Virus record (IMG/VR): IMGVR_UViG_3300025012_000028
Span: 124,001 to 188,000 of that record
Length of the DNA stretch: 64,000 bases
Reading direction: 5' to 3' (one strand)
Both the position numbers and the translations under genes were made by a program. Under the pieces are notes generated by a model. The model saw nothing but the letters and a program-made list of their open reading frames with translations, was not told the DNA's origin and did not search any database. Below, one piece after another: positions 29,413-40,349 of the stretch. Numbering within the stretch: the stretch's first letter is position 1; each line of letters begins with the position of its first letter.

Positions 29413-30147
29413 CTAAACACTTTGAGCACCAATGAAGTATTTCAGATCGACATTAGCAGCTTCCCACTTGGTAATACCCTGAGAGCAAACCTGAACCCTG
29501 AAATCATCGTTAATCAGTTTGAGTTCTTCGACCTTAACCGCCATTACTTTGGGAAGTTCATTCTTGGTGATATCTTCCGATTTAATTTCCAGTTCCCAGT
29601 TGTTGGTGTTACCTTCAAGTTCATTGCCAGCAGTCACACGAATGGTATCGGGAGTAGTTTCGAAGAACACAAATTTAGCAGGAAGGATGTTTGCCATCTT
29701 CAGGAGCATAGCAAGCTTCTCAGCAGAGAAAACAAAATCAAGTTCGCTGGTAGCCTTGTCGAAATTGTTTTCAATGCGGTAACGACCACTGGCCTGATCG
29801 AAAGGATCGATGGTATTGCCTTTGACTACCTGAAAGTATTTCAGCATTTCAATTGGGGAAAGGCCATACCTCACCTTAGAATTTCCTTCGCTGACAGTGA
29901 GGAATTTATCCTGAACTTCAATGAAGGGCGTCTTATAAGCTTTGTGGATGGACAGGAGACTTGAGATTTCATAGATACCAAAACGTTCAAATTCGAAAGT
30001 TTCCTTGGGGCGATAGATCGCAACAAGAGAATCCGCATTAGACCTAACATAGAATTTGTCTTTGTCGAGGATTACGTTCTGGTGAACTGTACTGAAATTC
30101 TGAAGAATGGACACGTCGGTACTGCTGAATTGAAATTTACTTCCCAT
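29413..30147 (-). CDS. 45: sliding clamp (gp45-like)
   Basis: ILQNFSTVHQNV, FGIYEISSLL and C-terminal LKYFIG; upstream of gp44. Confidence 0.8.
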   Translation of the reverse strand: MGSKFQFSSTDVSILQNFSTVHQNVILDKDKFYVRSNADSLVAIYRPKETFEFERFGIYEISSLLSIHKAYKTPFIEVQDKFLTVSEGNSKVRYGLSPIEMLKYFQVVKGNTIDPFDQASGRYRIENNFDKATSELDFVFSAEKLAMLLKMANILPAKFVFFETTPDTIRVTAGNELEGNTNNWELEIKSEDITKNELPKVMAVKVEELKLINDDFRVQVCSQGITKWEAANVDLKYFIGAQSV

Positions 30148-31452
30148 TAATTAGTTCCTTCTTTCCTTAATTTAGTTTGTGAATTCATCCTACAAGGGAA
30201 TTCTTTATTTGTCTAATAATTTATTCACGCCGGAAAAACATTTTAAAATCTTTGTTGGCGGTTCGGATTTCTTCAACATCTTCCTCTTCATGTTCGTCAC
30301 AATGAACCCACACCCATTTATATCCAATGAGAGTTTTCTCACAACCACAAGGCAAAACTTCAGTTTCCATTAATACCAAAACTCCTTTTTACTTGATCTT
30401 CGTTTTTATTGATGTACCTGAGATGATTTTTCATTTGCTCCATCACTTCATTCCTATCAGAATATTCAACATCTGAACGGCTCATTATCCACGGACCATA
30501 CGAAACTCGAACAGTCCATAAAAGTTTACCATTTGCAGGTTCTACAAACCACGCACTGAAAGTCTTCATTCGTATTCCTCTCTTGTTAGTATTTGTTGAC
30601 ACTCACTGCAAAACCCCCAGATACGGAAAACATCTCTCTCGTTCTTATCCCTGAAATCTTCCACACGAATATCTTCCAGACATCTAGAGCAATATTCCTG
30701 TGTTCCAAAATCACTTTCTATTTCACTCACCGCTTTCTCCCAAAATAATAATTCAATTCTAATATCTGTTTACCCAAAGTATTAGGTGTCTTTCCTAATC
30801 CTTTACATGCCCAACACACTTCAGACACTTCCACCGATATACCGATCTTTGAAAGTAAGAAGCCTTCACCTTTACATTTCTCACATGTTTCTGTGATAAA
30901 TTGATTTTCCATTTTCATATCATCTCACCGATCATATAATTTGGAATTATTTCTATATCCCTGACAAACCCACCAACATTAATTTCGGGTAATTGTTGAC
31001 TATATTTGAATGCTTCGGATTTTGAATCTATTTTGAAAATAATATTATCTCTTGCCTGTTTTGTTTCTAAACTTTTAAATTCAAATCTCCCATCTATCTT
31101 ACATAAAACAAACGTCTCATTTAACCACTTATACCCAAGAGCAAACCACTTATCATAACGCAAATCTTTGATGAATGAGCCAACGGTTCTTCCACGTTTA
31201 TGCATTGAATGACTCCATTACATTTCAATTTTGGGTTGGTTTGCATTGCGCTGAACAGACTTATTATAAGCCTTGATAACCTTCCTGCTCCTTGCCTTGG
31301 CAATACGTATTGCCTTGCCCCTAGAACAGCTATTCTCGACCATCAGACGTGATATAATATCATCGAATCTGGTCTTTTGTTGATCCAAAAATTGCTGTTC
31401 ATCATCATTTGAAATCATTGAATGTGCTGGTGCTTCCGTCATATCATCTCCT

Positions 31453-31881
31453 TTATTTTCCGGTGTATTTTATTTCATGAACTTTCACACCACAATTCTT
31501 GGCACGTTTAACCATATCATTACTTCCCGGTGTACCAGTTTTACTCTTCCTGATATCGTTGATGATAATGGCATGAGTCGATTTTTCTGCCATCACTTGG
31601 TTTCTATTGAAACCAGCAAGGCAATTATATTCTTTTCCATTGCGAGTTTTGATCTTACAGATAGGAACAGTGAGGTCATTCCAATCGGCGGGGTTCTCAT
31701 CGACTTTGAAATTATTTTCTATTGCCCAACGGAAAGCGATATCATCGACACCTTCCGGTGCCATTCCATCAACAATACATTCGATAAGATTTCTCTTGGG
31801 GAGGATTAACTTGTTGAGGGTTCTGTAAATAAAACCAACATCAGTAATCGACCTACTACCAGCAATCAACAGGCGAATCAT
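31453..31881 (-). CDS. YspA/SLOG-family protein
   Basis: LLIAGSRSI, DGMA.EGVD..A..WA, PADW, AGFNRN..MA and PGSNDM motifs. Confidence 0.8.
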   Translation of the reverse strand: MIRLLIAGSRSITDVGFIYRTLNKLILPKRNLIECIVDGMAPEGVDDIAFRWAIENNFKVDENPADWNDLTVPICKIKTRNGKEYNCLAGFNRNQVMAEKSTHAIIINDIRKSKTGTPGSNDMVKRAKNCGVKVHEIKYTGK

Positions 31882-31907
31882 TGTAAATCCTCATAACTCA
31901 ATTTATT

Positions 31908-33211
31908 TCAAATAAAAAACTTGTTGCTGATTTCTACCGTGACTTTCTTGGGTCTGCCACGTTTCTTCTTTTCACCCGGAATATCGGTGGTAGGTTTCAC
32001 CACATTTTCTTCTGGTAGTTTTGCTTTCCTACCACGTTTTGATATTTCCTTTTTAATCATCCTAGCAGTCTTTTTGTCTTCGCGCAATTTCTTTTTTTCA
32101 GTTTTTAATAATTCTTTTTCTGCTTTCTTCTGATCCTTGATTTTCTTCTTATTAAGTTTCTCCAATTCCAAAACTTTCTTTTCAGTTTCGCGCTCTTTTT
32201 TAGAGAGTGCCTTTTGTTTGCGCACAATAGAATCAGGAAGTGGGAACAGAGGAACCCCGTATTTCTCTAGATAAAAATCCGGAATGGGTTCTTCTTGAAG
32301 TCGTTCATAATTTTTGGTATAGGTCGAACATTTGATTTTATCACAGGTTGGACAAGAGAAGATACACACCACATGCGGAACCCTCGCTGATTTCAAATCA
32401 CAAAAAACGTACATCTATTTCTCCTGAGTAATCTTCAAAGAATCACTGAACATTCCAGTCAACTTATAAACATAATTCTTGCGTTTCCATCCGTTTGCGA
32501 ATTCCCTGATGATTCTTCTATTTATTGTACAATCATCATCCCAAAAATAATCTTCCTTATATTCACCAGAACATACTGGACATTCCTTATGAATATAATC
32601 ACTGAAGATGGTCAGTTTGTAAAGCTTACCCGTACCACCACAACATTTGCAGGATGGTTTTAATTTCTTAAACCAGTTGAACACAATAACTCCTAACTTT
32701 TCGAAAAAGTATGAACAATCTTTGTAAATTTGATATTGCGTGATTCAATTATCCCATCGATATATTTAATAGCTGCTTCTTCTGTGCTAAAACAAACTTC
32801 GCCCAGACAATCCATACATACGCAGGTATACCAACTTTTCCAGAACAGAAACCATTTATATTGAGGGACAAATGAAATCGTTTCCCCATTTCTCTTATGT
32901 TCTATAATTCTATATTTCATTTACACAACCCCCAAATAATTTAATAAACGCTCTGCCACGTTATCAGCATCCATTTTATAAAGCTTTCTTATACCCATGC
33001 CACTCACAATAAAATTTCCACAACCCTCAAATGCGGTCATGGTACAGGCAATACCTTCACCATCATCAATGGTCATTCGTGATCCATTGAATACCCGATG
33101 TTGTACTGTCACCACAAGTCCCTTATCCCGCAAGATTTCAGCAACCCGATCAAATATAGGTTCGAAGGTCCAATATCGAATATGTGCTGGTCTGAGAGGC
33201 CAACGAGACAT
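31908..33211 (-). CDS. hypothetical proteins (31908-32414 Cys-rich and lysine-rich with an AT-hook-like KKRGRPKK; 32415-32684; 32693-32920; 32921-33211)
   Basis: Coupled ORFs; RGRP motif in the first. Confidence 0.55.
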
Positions 33212-33214
33212 ATA

Positions 33215-33505
33215 TTATCCTTCCACCACGAAGATTTTTCTTGCGGCACGAATTTCTTTAACCCTATTTACATCGAAGGAACGATATTGTTTTTTACTCA
33301 TTTCAAATACCGTCACAATGTTATCAGGAGATGCAGCTTTGTTCTTGGAAGGATTTTGGACCAGATGTTTATAAACTCCCCTGCGGCAATTCATCTTGCG
33401 TTCCGAACCGTCCTTTTTCTCAAAATGTACAGAAAAAATAGCACTCTTGGGGATCATACACAGGATCATCTCAACTTCTTCTTTCGAAATGGATATTTTT
33501 CTCAT
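33215..33505 (-). CDS. SH3-like beta-barrel phage protein
   Basis: FSVHFEKKDGSERKM...VFEM.K.QYRSF pattern. Confidence 0.6.
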   Translation of the reverse strand: MRKISISKEEVEMILCMIPKSAIFSVHFEKKDGSERKMNCRRGVYKHLVQNPSKNKAASPDNIVTVFEMSKKQYRSFDVNRVKEIRAARKIFVVEG

Positions 33506-33543
33506 AAAAATTCCTCCTAGAGTATGATTCGAAATCTAGGAGG

Positions 33544-33572
33544 AATTTACCACGGAATTAATTATTTGTCAA
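33544..33572 (-). promoter_or_regulatory. sigma70 promoter overlapping an RBS-containing hairpin
   Basis: TTGACA-17-TAAATT; AAATTCCTCCTAGA...TCTAGGAGGAATTT stem at 33508-33548. Confidence 0.7.
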
Positions 33573-33588
33573 GAAATAATTTTCGAAA

Positions 33589-33682
33589 TATAAATAGAAG
33601 TGGCAAGTAAGATTTTTTAGCGGGAACTAAAAAATCGGTCAACGGAGAGTGTGTTGATTGTCCTTGCTCATTCTATTTATCT
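33589..33682 (+). promoter_or_regulatory. late promoter plus multi-stem structured leader
   Basis: TATAAATA at 33589-33596; an outer stem closing two inner hairpins. Confidence 0.6.
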
Positions 33683-33694
33683 TCAAGGAGAGTC

Positions 33695-34576
33695 ATGTCT
33701 AGAAAACTCACAAATGAAATCATCGATGAACGTCTACTAGGAAGAAAAATTATCAGAATTGGTGACTATAAAACTGCATTAACCAAAATATCATGGAAAT
33801 GTTTGAAGGATGGTTATGTTTGGAACGCAACACCACACGATATAAATTCAGGATATGGATGTCCTGCTTGTGCCAATAAAATACCAATTACGAATGAAAC
33901 AATAGACATCAAATTACAAAACAGATCTATTGTCCGAATTGGCGATTGTATTGGACAGAACAATAAAATTTTATTCTGTTGTCAAATATGTGATTATCAA
34001 TGGGTCACAACACCGAAAAGTATTTTACATGGAAATGGTTGTCCTGAGTGTTCGGGTAAAGTACCATTAACAAATGAAAGAATCGATAATAAATTATCAA
34101 ATAGACCAATAAAAAGAATTGGTAATTGTACCGAGGGCAATAAAATTAATATAGAATGGCAATGTCTTATAGAAACTTGTGGTTCTATATGGAAAGCTTC
34201 GCCGGGTAGTGTATTGAACAATTTCAGAGGATGTCCACATTGTAGGTACAAAAATGAAAAACGTATATATGACTATTTAAGAGAACAGTATTCCCAATTA
34301 AATATTACTCCTCAATATAGAATACATATAAACAACAAACTTTTTGTGATAGATTTCAACCTCAATGATATATTCATTGAATATCATGGCATTCAACATT
34401 ACGAACCAGTTGAATATTTTGGTGGAAAGAAATCTTTTATCAAACAAATTAAACGAGATTACTTACTGAGGGAATATTGTAGTGAAAATAAAATCAAACT
34501 TATAGAAATACCTCATTGGTTTACGAACGATGAACAATATGAATTGTTACAATTTTCGTTAAAAACTTCGACATGA
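33695..34576 (+). mobile_element. zinc-ribbon repeat plus PD-(D/E)xK/Vsr-like homing-type endonuclease
   Basis: Three C...W...GCPxC repeats; NEKRI, IDF, FIEYHGIQHY, RD...REYC and LIEIP motifs. Confidence 0.8.
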
Positions 34577-35721
34577 TTCCTAGTAGGCCCATATGAAACC
34601 ATAGCAATGTTTTTATTCTTGATAAATTCTCTCACATTTTGGGAAATAATTTGGCCTTCATCAATATATTTTATTGTTTCATCTTCCAATTGATCAACAC
34701 AAGTCATACAAACTTTGTGGATTATACAAACACCTTTGTTGTTGTTTTCAAATAAATCTTTTCTGATAGCTTTTCTAATCAAATCAAGGTTTAAAAAACT
34801 AAACCTTAAAGTTCCTTGCCATTGATTGGGAATGTTGGTGGCATCGATGATATTGCAATAGGGTTTATCTACCAATTCCATTGGCAATGGTCCGTTACCG
34901 TGTCGAGTAGTATAAGTTCGCATAACATAGGTAACTTCAATTTCTTTTATATCCATTTCAACACTCAATTCTATTATATTATTCAACCCCGTCTTGGATC
35001 TTGTGACATACGGAAAGAATTCGTTATTTTCATCAAGAAGTAACCCTTGAGCACCTTCGAAAATAACGTTTTTATATCTTTCACTTATATCTTTAGCAGA
35101 CGATAAAATGATTATTCCTTTAAAGAATTCTAAATCTTTAATATACCGATTGATCATATTTTCATTTTCCATCAGTGATTTATAATTATCTGGAATAGTT
35201 TGAATTTCCAACTTTTGGATTCGTTTATATGCATATTGTTTGATTTTTTTAAGTTCTTCATATTCGGAAGTTAAATTAAAAATTAGTCCATTTATGTCGT
35301 GTCGTTCGATAGTTTCCGAAATGCCCATTCCACAGGAACCATGACGATTACCGCCACGCATATCTTCCATCATTTGGTTGAGGATCATGTCATATGGAGT
35401 GGTCACTTTACAAGAAGGATCGACATACACAATGGGTTTAACCCCCTTGGAAACAAGTTCCTCATACTCCTGTCGGAAAATGATGGGATTGACAATGAAA
35501 TGTTTGGAAAGGAAAGTGGGCGAACCATTGAAGCTACCGCTTCCAAAATGGTGGAATACATGGCGAACTCCTTCAGGTGTCACTACGGTATGTCCTGCCT
35601 GTGCTCCACCGTTAAAACGTACCACCACGGCTTCCTCGTTGTACTTTGCAGAAAGGTAATCGACCTGTTTCCCTTTTGCACAATCCCCAAACCCCGAACC
35701 TATGACAGCAAATCCTTTCAT
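34513..35721 (-). CDS. divergent adenylosuccinate synthetase-like ligase
   Basis: GFGDCAKG, RFNGGAQAGHTV, HGSCGMGI, FEGAQG.LLD, PYVTRS.TG and TRHGNGP motifs. Confidence 0.85.
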   Translation of the reverse strand: MKGFAVIGSGFGDCAKGKQVDYLSAKYNEEAVVVRFNGGAQAGHTVVTPEGVRHVFHHFGSGSFNGSPTFLSKHFIVNPIIFRQEYEELVSKGVKPIVYVDPSCKVTTPYDMILNQMMEDMRGGNRHGSCGMGISETIERHDINGLIFNLTSEYEELKKIKQYAYKRIQKLEIQTIPDNYKSLMENENMINRYIKDLEFFKGIIILSSAKDISERYKNVIFEGAQGLLLDENNEFFPYVTRSKTGLNNIIELSVEMDIKEIEVTYVMRTYTTRHGNGPLPMELVDKPYCNIIDATNIPNQWQGTLRFSFLNLDLIRKAIRKDLFENNNKGVCIIHKVCMTCVDQLEDETIKYIDEGQIISQNVREFIKNKNIAMVSYGPTRNHVEVFNENCNNSYCSSFVNQ

Positions 35722-36656
35722 ACTCAACCCTCCATTGTTTTTAATAGATTTTCAATATTCCACGAATGTCTGTGTGAACCCTGTTTTAGTGTAGCGCGGA
35801 TCATCACCCTCTTTAACGATGATCCTTTCCTAATTTTTGTGGCACGAAACCGCATCCACTTCCACAGATAAAAACGAATTATCCCAACTTTAAATGGAGT
35901 GCCGATACCTCCAAAATAATCGAATACTCGACCACCACTGCGATGAAGGTAATAATCGTATTTCATTATTTCAACCTATTCATAAATGCCTGAAGTGCTG
36001 TCTTCAAATTAGCAGTTTCAAAAGAAACATCGGGCGCTTCGATTAAGAAAATTTCTTCTGTGATACTGTTTTTATTTTCTCTTTTATGAACGGCAGTTAT
36101 ACTAACCCTATATGTTTCTTCCATCTTTATTCCTCCATTAAAAATTTAGATTTTTCTAACCATTTGTTAATTTGATGCTCGGTGAACGCTATTGGGAGTT
36201 TACCTTTCCTATAATATTTTTTAAGATGATCTGGAACAACCCAACCTTTATTATCTTCTCTTGCTGGAACCCAATACTCGGTTCTGTGATCGGGTAATGG
36301 TTTACAAGAAAAACCCATAAAATAAACCCTTGGGTGGTACTTCACGGCCCATTTACAATAGGCATCCACACCACCTTTCTTGTGGTCTATCACACCTATC
36401 AGGCGATAGACAACATCACCATAATAATCTGAATGGTGGATTTCTGTTTTCATTTTATTATCCCTCCGCAATTCGTTCAAAGTTCATCATATCAAATTTC
36501 ATTTTGCGTCTACCCATTCTACCCAGACGTTTCAGATCTTTTTTGGGAGGAGCACAACAGGAACATTTCCACCCACCAATCCCAATACAAAGATATTTCT
36601 CCCTCATACGTCTGGTGATCAAGATTGGTGATTTCATAATTCCTCCTCAGATAAAT

Positions 36657-36701
36657 TAAAAGCCTGAATAAACTTATATCATTTATTCAGGCTTTTGTCA
36701 A
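36657..36701 (-). terminator. terminator overlapping a sigma70-like promoter
   Basis: AAAAGCCTGAATAA...TTATTCAGGCTTTT; TTGACA at 36696-36701 on the minus strand. Confidence 0.7.
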
Positions 36702-36719
36702 GATTTATTTCTTATTAAT

Positions 36720-37643
36720 TTAGAACGTCACGATACCACCAGCAACGGTTCCATTTGCCGCAAGGTCTTTGATCGCCTTGGAAACTACCACACCAGTCGT
36801 TCCATCCCACGAAGCAACCACGTCTGCAACATCGGCGCCCTCGGTTGCCTGAATGATGGACACGATAACCTCAGACATCTTGCTTGCATCAGCAAGAGGA
36901 ATTGCGTTCTGACCGAGAATTTTGCTCCACGAATCACGAACCCTGACACCATGACTCATCATGTAGTTGCCCTGTTCCACCATCAGATGGAACACATGAT
37001 ACTTCCTCGATACCATCATCAACAGTTCTTCAGCAGAGAAAGCATCTTTTTCGGGTCGATACCCAAGATATTTCTCAATCAATCCTGCTTTAATGGGAGG
37101 AGGTACACATTCATCACCGGCAGTGAAGAGATAACCTTTTTTTCCACGCTTTTCAAAGCAGTCGATGGAAGTGTGCATTGCTGCGAAGTACCAAGGAAAA
37201 GTGTACGATTCCGATGAGTTACCACCGCCCCGACCTTCCAGATAAATCTTTTGAAGCTGTTCAGCAATGCGAATGTCTGCTTCAAACTGAGTCACAGACA
37301 GCGGAGCGACTTCGTACATCTCTGCATCACCGATTCCCATGAACATGATGTGCGGATCGGAAATTGGTTTGCGGTCATAAATTTCCGTTGCCAGAGTATT
37401 ACAACCTTCACGGATCATCATACGCGCAAGAGAACCCATTGAACCGGTCTGATCGATGCCAACAATCAGTGCCGTACTGTTGGGGTTATCTGCGCTATCC
37501 CTCGATTCCCTAACTGTGACACCCTTGGGATCGAGTTCATTTACCAGAGTTTTTGTTGTAAAAAGTCCGGCATCCGAAACACCTTTAACATTTGTGGAAC
37601 TATAGGAGTCCCAACTGCTCCTGCTCCATGCACCAGATCCCAT
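36720..37643 (-). CDS. vWA-domain protein
   Basis: RESRDS, MIDAS-like IDQTGSMG, GIGD, QFEAD, EGRGGGN..ESY and KGYLFT.GDE motifs. Confidence 0.85.
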   Translation of the reverse strand: MGSGAWSRSSWDSYSSTNVKGVSDAGLFTTKTLVNELDPKGVTVRESRDSADNPNSTALIVGIDQTGSMGSLARMMIREGCNTLATEIYDRKPISDPHIMFMGIGDAEMYEVAPLSVTQFEADIRIAEQLQKIYLEGRGGGNSSESYTFPWYFAAMHTSIDCFEKRGKKGYLFTAGDECVPPPIKAGLIEKYLGYRPEKDAFSAEELLMMVSRKYHVFHLMVEQGNYMMSHGVRVRDSWSKILGQNAIPLADASKMSEVIVSIIQATEGADVADVVASWDGTTGVVVSKAIKDLAANGTVAGGIVTF

Positions 37644-38298
37644 TTTCTTTCTCCTTTTTAGTTAATAGTTCATAGTAAACTTCATGAATTTTTGTTGCTA
37701 CTTTATCAACATCACTCAATTCTCTATTGGAGAAACGCATTACAAACCACCCCAAAGATAATAAATATTCATCTCTAATTTTATCCAACTCAATATTATG
37801 AGATAAATTACCACTCCCATAATGATCAAGTTCAATATTTAATTTTACATCGGGGAAATAAAAATCCAAAATATAATACTTACGGCCATAATAAATCCGT
37901 TTGCTCCATTTTGGATTCATCATTTGAAAGATGCGATTTTGCCACAAAACTTCTTCATAATACGTTCTGCCATTATGTGTTTTTCGGTGGTCATTTATTT
38001 CTTTTAAATTATTGATGGCATGTGTCGAATATTTTTCTTTATTTTCTGGTTTAGCATTCGATATATCTCTAGCAATATCTCGTTTGATTACCAATTCTGG
38101 ATCGTTATTGACCCTTGTGATATTTCGAATTGAATATTCAATTTGTTTCTGTGATTTATTTCTTAACAATAATCGTTCTTTGGATAATTGTTTAATTAGT
38201 GAATTGTTTTTATTCCTCCAAATAGCCGCACATGATGTGCTACAATATTTTCTATTTGGAGGAATAGATTTACCACAACCATTTTCACAAAACTTCAT
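37600..38298 (-). mobile_element. DUF559/Vsr-like endonuclease with N-terminal Cys cluster
   Basis: CENGC...KYCSTSC; EEVLW, YILDFY...NIELD...H...D..RDEYL...GWFVMRF.N. Confidence 0.8.
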
Positions 38299-38388
38299 TT
38301 ACGCTACTTCTTCGGTTTTTTCGGTTGCTTCGACTTCAACAACTTCTTCGGCAACATACTCTTCGATTTTCAGTGCGGGTGCGCCCAT
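38299..38388 (-). CDS. 29-aa acidic peptide MGAPALKIEEYVAEEVVEVEATEKTEEVA (not in ORF track)
   Basis: Strong AAAGGAG RBS; fills the gap exactly, with its TAA abutting the next ATG. Confidence 0.6.
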   Translation of the reverse strand: MGAPALKIEEYVAEEVVEVEATEKTEEVA

Positions 38389-38404
38389 GTCGTTTCTCCT
38401 TTCG

Positions 38405-38788
38405 TTAGAGTGAGTTAAGATGAATTGCTACAGACGGTAATGAAATGAAACTGTTACCACCATTATTCTGAACCATCTTTGCTACTTTGGTCATAGCTTT
38501 GAATTTATGAGAACCAATTTCAAACCCCAAGAAACAGAAAATAGTTTTTTCAGGACGTTTGTTGCTATCATCAACAACTTCCGCCACGGAATAGATATTA
38601 TCTTCTTCCGAAGTGATTACATAAAGGCAATAATCACATTCTTTGCGCTGCTTAAGTTCTTCCTCGTAAGCAGCGTCATTCCACGTTCCTTCAGGAAGTT
38701 GTGGGTTGAAATAATCAATACACAACATCTGAATTAATTCGTCCCGCCATATGGATTTGCCACACGTCCCACCCAGAAAAACTTTCAT
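38405..38788 (-). CDS. nucleoside 2-deoxyribosyltransferase-like protein
   Basis: MKVFLGGTC...WRD.LI...DYFNP...EE...R..CD..LYVIT...YSVAEVVDDS. Confidence 0.75.
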   Translation of the reverse strand: MKVFLGGTCGKSIWRDELIQMLCIDYFNPQLPEGTWNDAAYEEELKQRKECDYCLYVITSEEDNIYSVAEVVDDSNKRPEKTIFCFLGFEIGSHKFKAMTKVAKMVQNNGGNSFISLPSVAIHLNSL

Positions 38789-39114
38789 TGGTTTCTCTCC
38801 CGTTCATAATTTCTTTCCAATATTTCCATACGTGCTAAATGATACAGTTCTGCTCTTATTTTGTCAATATCTTTATCAAGTTTATTGATTAATTGTTTTT
38901 TAAACTTCTCACATAGAGCCGCAAACTTCTTGCAGCATTAGACATTGATAAACATCCACCACTAACTTCTTCTACAAAAAGAGTGGAATTAACCACAAAC
39001 CTTTTACCTCTCCAATTGAATCGGATGCTACTCGGATATAATTTAAGATCGCTGATAGTATTAGATTCGGGTAACTTGCTGTACACCGTTTCAATAATTT
39101 CTGCTAATGTTTTC

Positions 39115-40131
39115 TCACTCATACACATCCTCCCATTTCAAATCAAGATGGATAAATTTTCTCTCACCATAACTCTCTTTTAGAATTTTGGTGTGCCAAG
39201 TTTCATATTCCTTGAACGGATCATCCCCCGCACCATATTCCAACCAGTTTTGGAAAGCTTTGGGAGCCTTGGCCTTCTCCAACAGTTTGCGCCCAAGTGC
39301 CTTAACAAATTCACCATCGGTGGTGCAGCTTGCCAGCTTGGATGCCCTGACAGTAGGAGGAACCGAATTATAAAGGTGTGATGGAACAGCAATCATCTTC
39401 TCACCGATATTGGTGGTGAACCACCACCCACCTAGAATTGCGACAGAGTGATATTCGGGAGAAATGAAAATTGTTTCCAGAGAAATACTGTTATTAACTA
39501 TACCATTAAATTTGAAATAACACAACAGATTATTTAATCTACTTTGCATCCACGCCACGTGTTTGTCCCACGCCACTGGATAACCTTTGGAATTGTAATG
39601 ATCATATACATCCTTTAATAGAAGTTGATCGGGTGTTTTGCTCACCACGATAACGAACCTGCTATCTTTACATTTGAAGTTTTTCTTAATGGTGGGAAGG
39701 TATCTGCTGAACTCCTTTTTCATATCTTCGTTTGCATACTTAAAGGATTTCACATTTCGTAAGTAATTCTCATAGAACTTAATATGATCCTTATCCAGAA
39801 CATATGCTATGACAGTTTTGGAAATGTACATCTCCCCCAATTCGAATTTATGTTTCTTCCTGAAACCAATTCGATAGGTGGTATTGTGTTCATCGGTGAC
39901 GTAGACCACAAAAGGAATTTCCCATTTCCCCTGTTCGATCAGTTCAACCGACTTGGTGTACATGTCCTTAATGTGAACAAAAACATCGTTGGCATTGGAT
40001 TCTTTATAACGATCAGGATGAAATTTCATGCTGAGAGTTTTGAATTCACTTTTAGCCACATCAATATCATTGCTGAAAATCTCACAGGGATTGACAATTT
40101 TTAATAGTTCGTTGGCTGTGAAATCTTTCAT
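39115..40131 (-). CDS. J-domain plus degenerate kinase-like protein
   Basis: FK.LSMKFHPDR J-domain motif; FELGEMY, HVAWM..RL.NL.CY, GIVNN.I...TIFISPEYHS...LGGWWF. Confidence 0.75.
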   Translation of the reverse strand: MKDFTANELLKIVNPCEIFSNDIDVAKSEFKTLSMKFHPDRYKESNANDVFVHIKDMYTKSVELIEQGKWEIPFVVYVTDEHNTTYRIGFRKKHKFELGEMYISKTVIAYVLDKDHIKFYENYLRNVKSFKYANEDMKKEFSRYLPTIKKNFKCKDSRFVIVVSKTPDQLLLKDVYDHYNSKGYPVAWDKHVAWMQSRLNNLLCYFKFNGIVNNSISLETIFISPEYHSVAILGGWWFTTNIGEKMIAVPSHLYNSVPPTVRASKLASCTTDGEFVKALGRKLLEKAKAPKAFQNWLEYGAGDDPFKEYETWHTKILKESYGERKFIHLDLKWEDVYE

Positions 40132-40349
40132 TTAACTTGTCCTATATTGGATTTGGTTTTCTTCAAACACTTTAATCGCAGCTTCGAAATAATATTCCTG
40201 ATCGAAGAGAAATATGAATTCTGAATATCCTATGTCCACCACATTCCTGATTAATGGTTCGATCTTCCAGAAAACTTCAGCAGTCTCTTCCCACGAATCG
40301 TTCACATAAACAAGCTGAATGATCCATGTTTTAAAAACAGGCCATTCCA

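Noticed and set aside
34513-35721. PurZ / 2-aminoadenine (Z-genome) pathway
   Set aside because: The protein keeps Asp in GDxxKG (PurZ has Ser). No DatZ/MazZ-like neighbour is recognisable, and the HD protein at 5248 is SpoT-like.
20150-38298. Group I introns or inteins around the endonucleases
   Set aside because: All four sit between intact genes rather than splitting a conserved gene, and no intein Cys...His-Asn ends were seen in gp44 or others.
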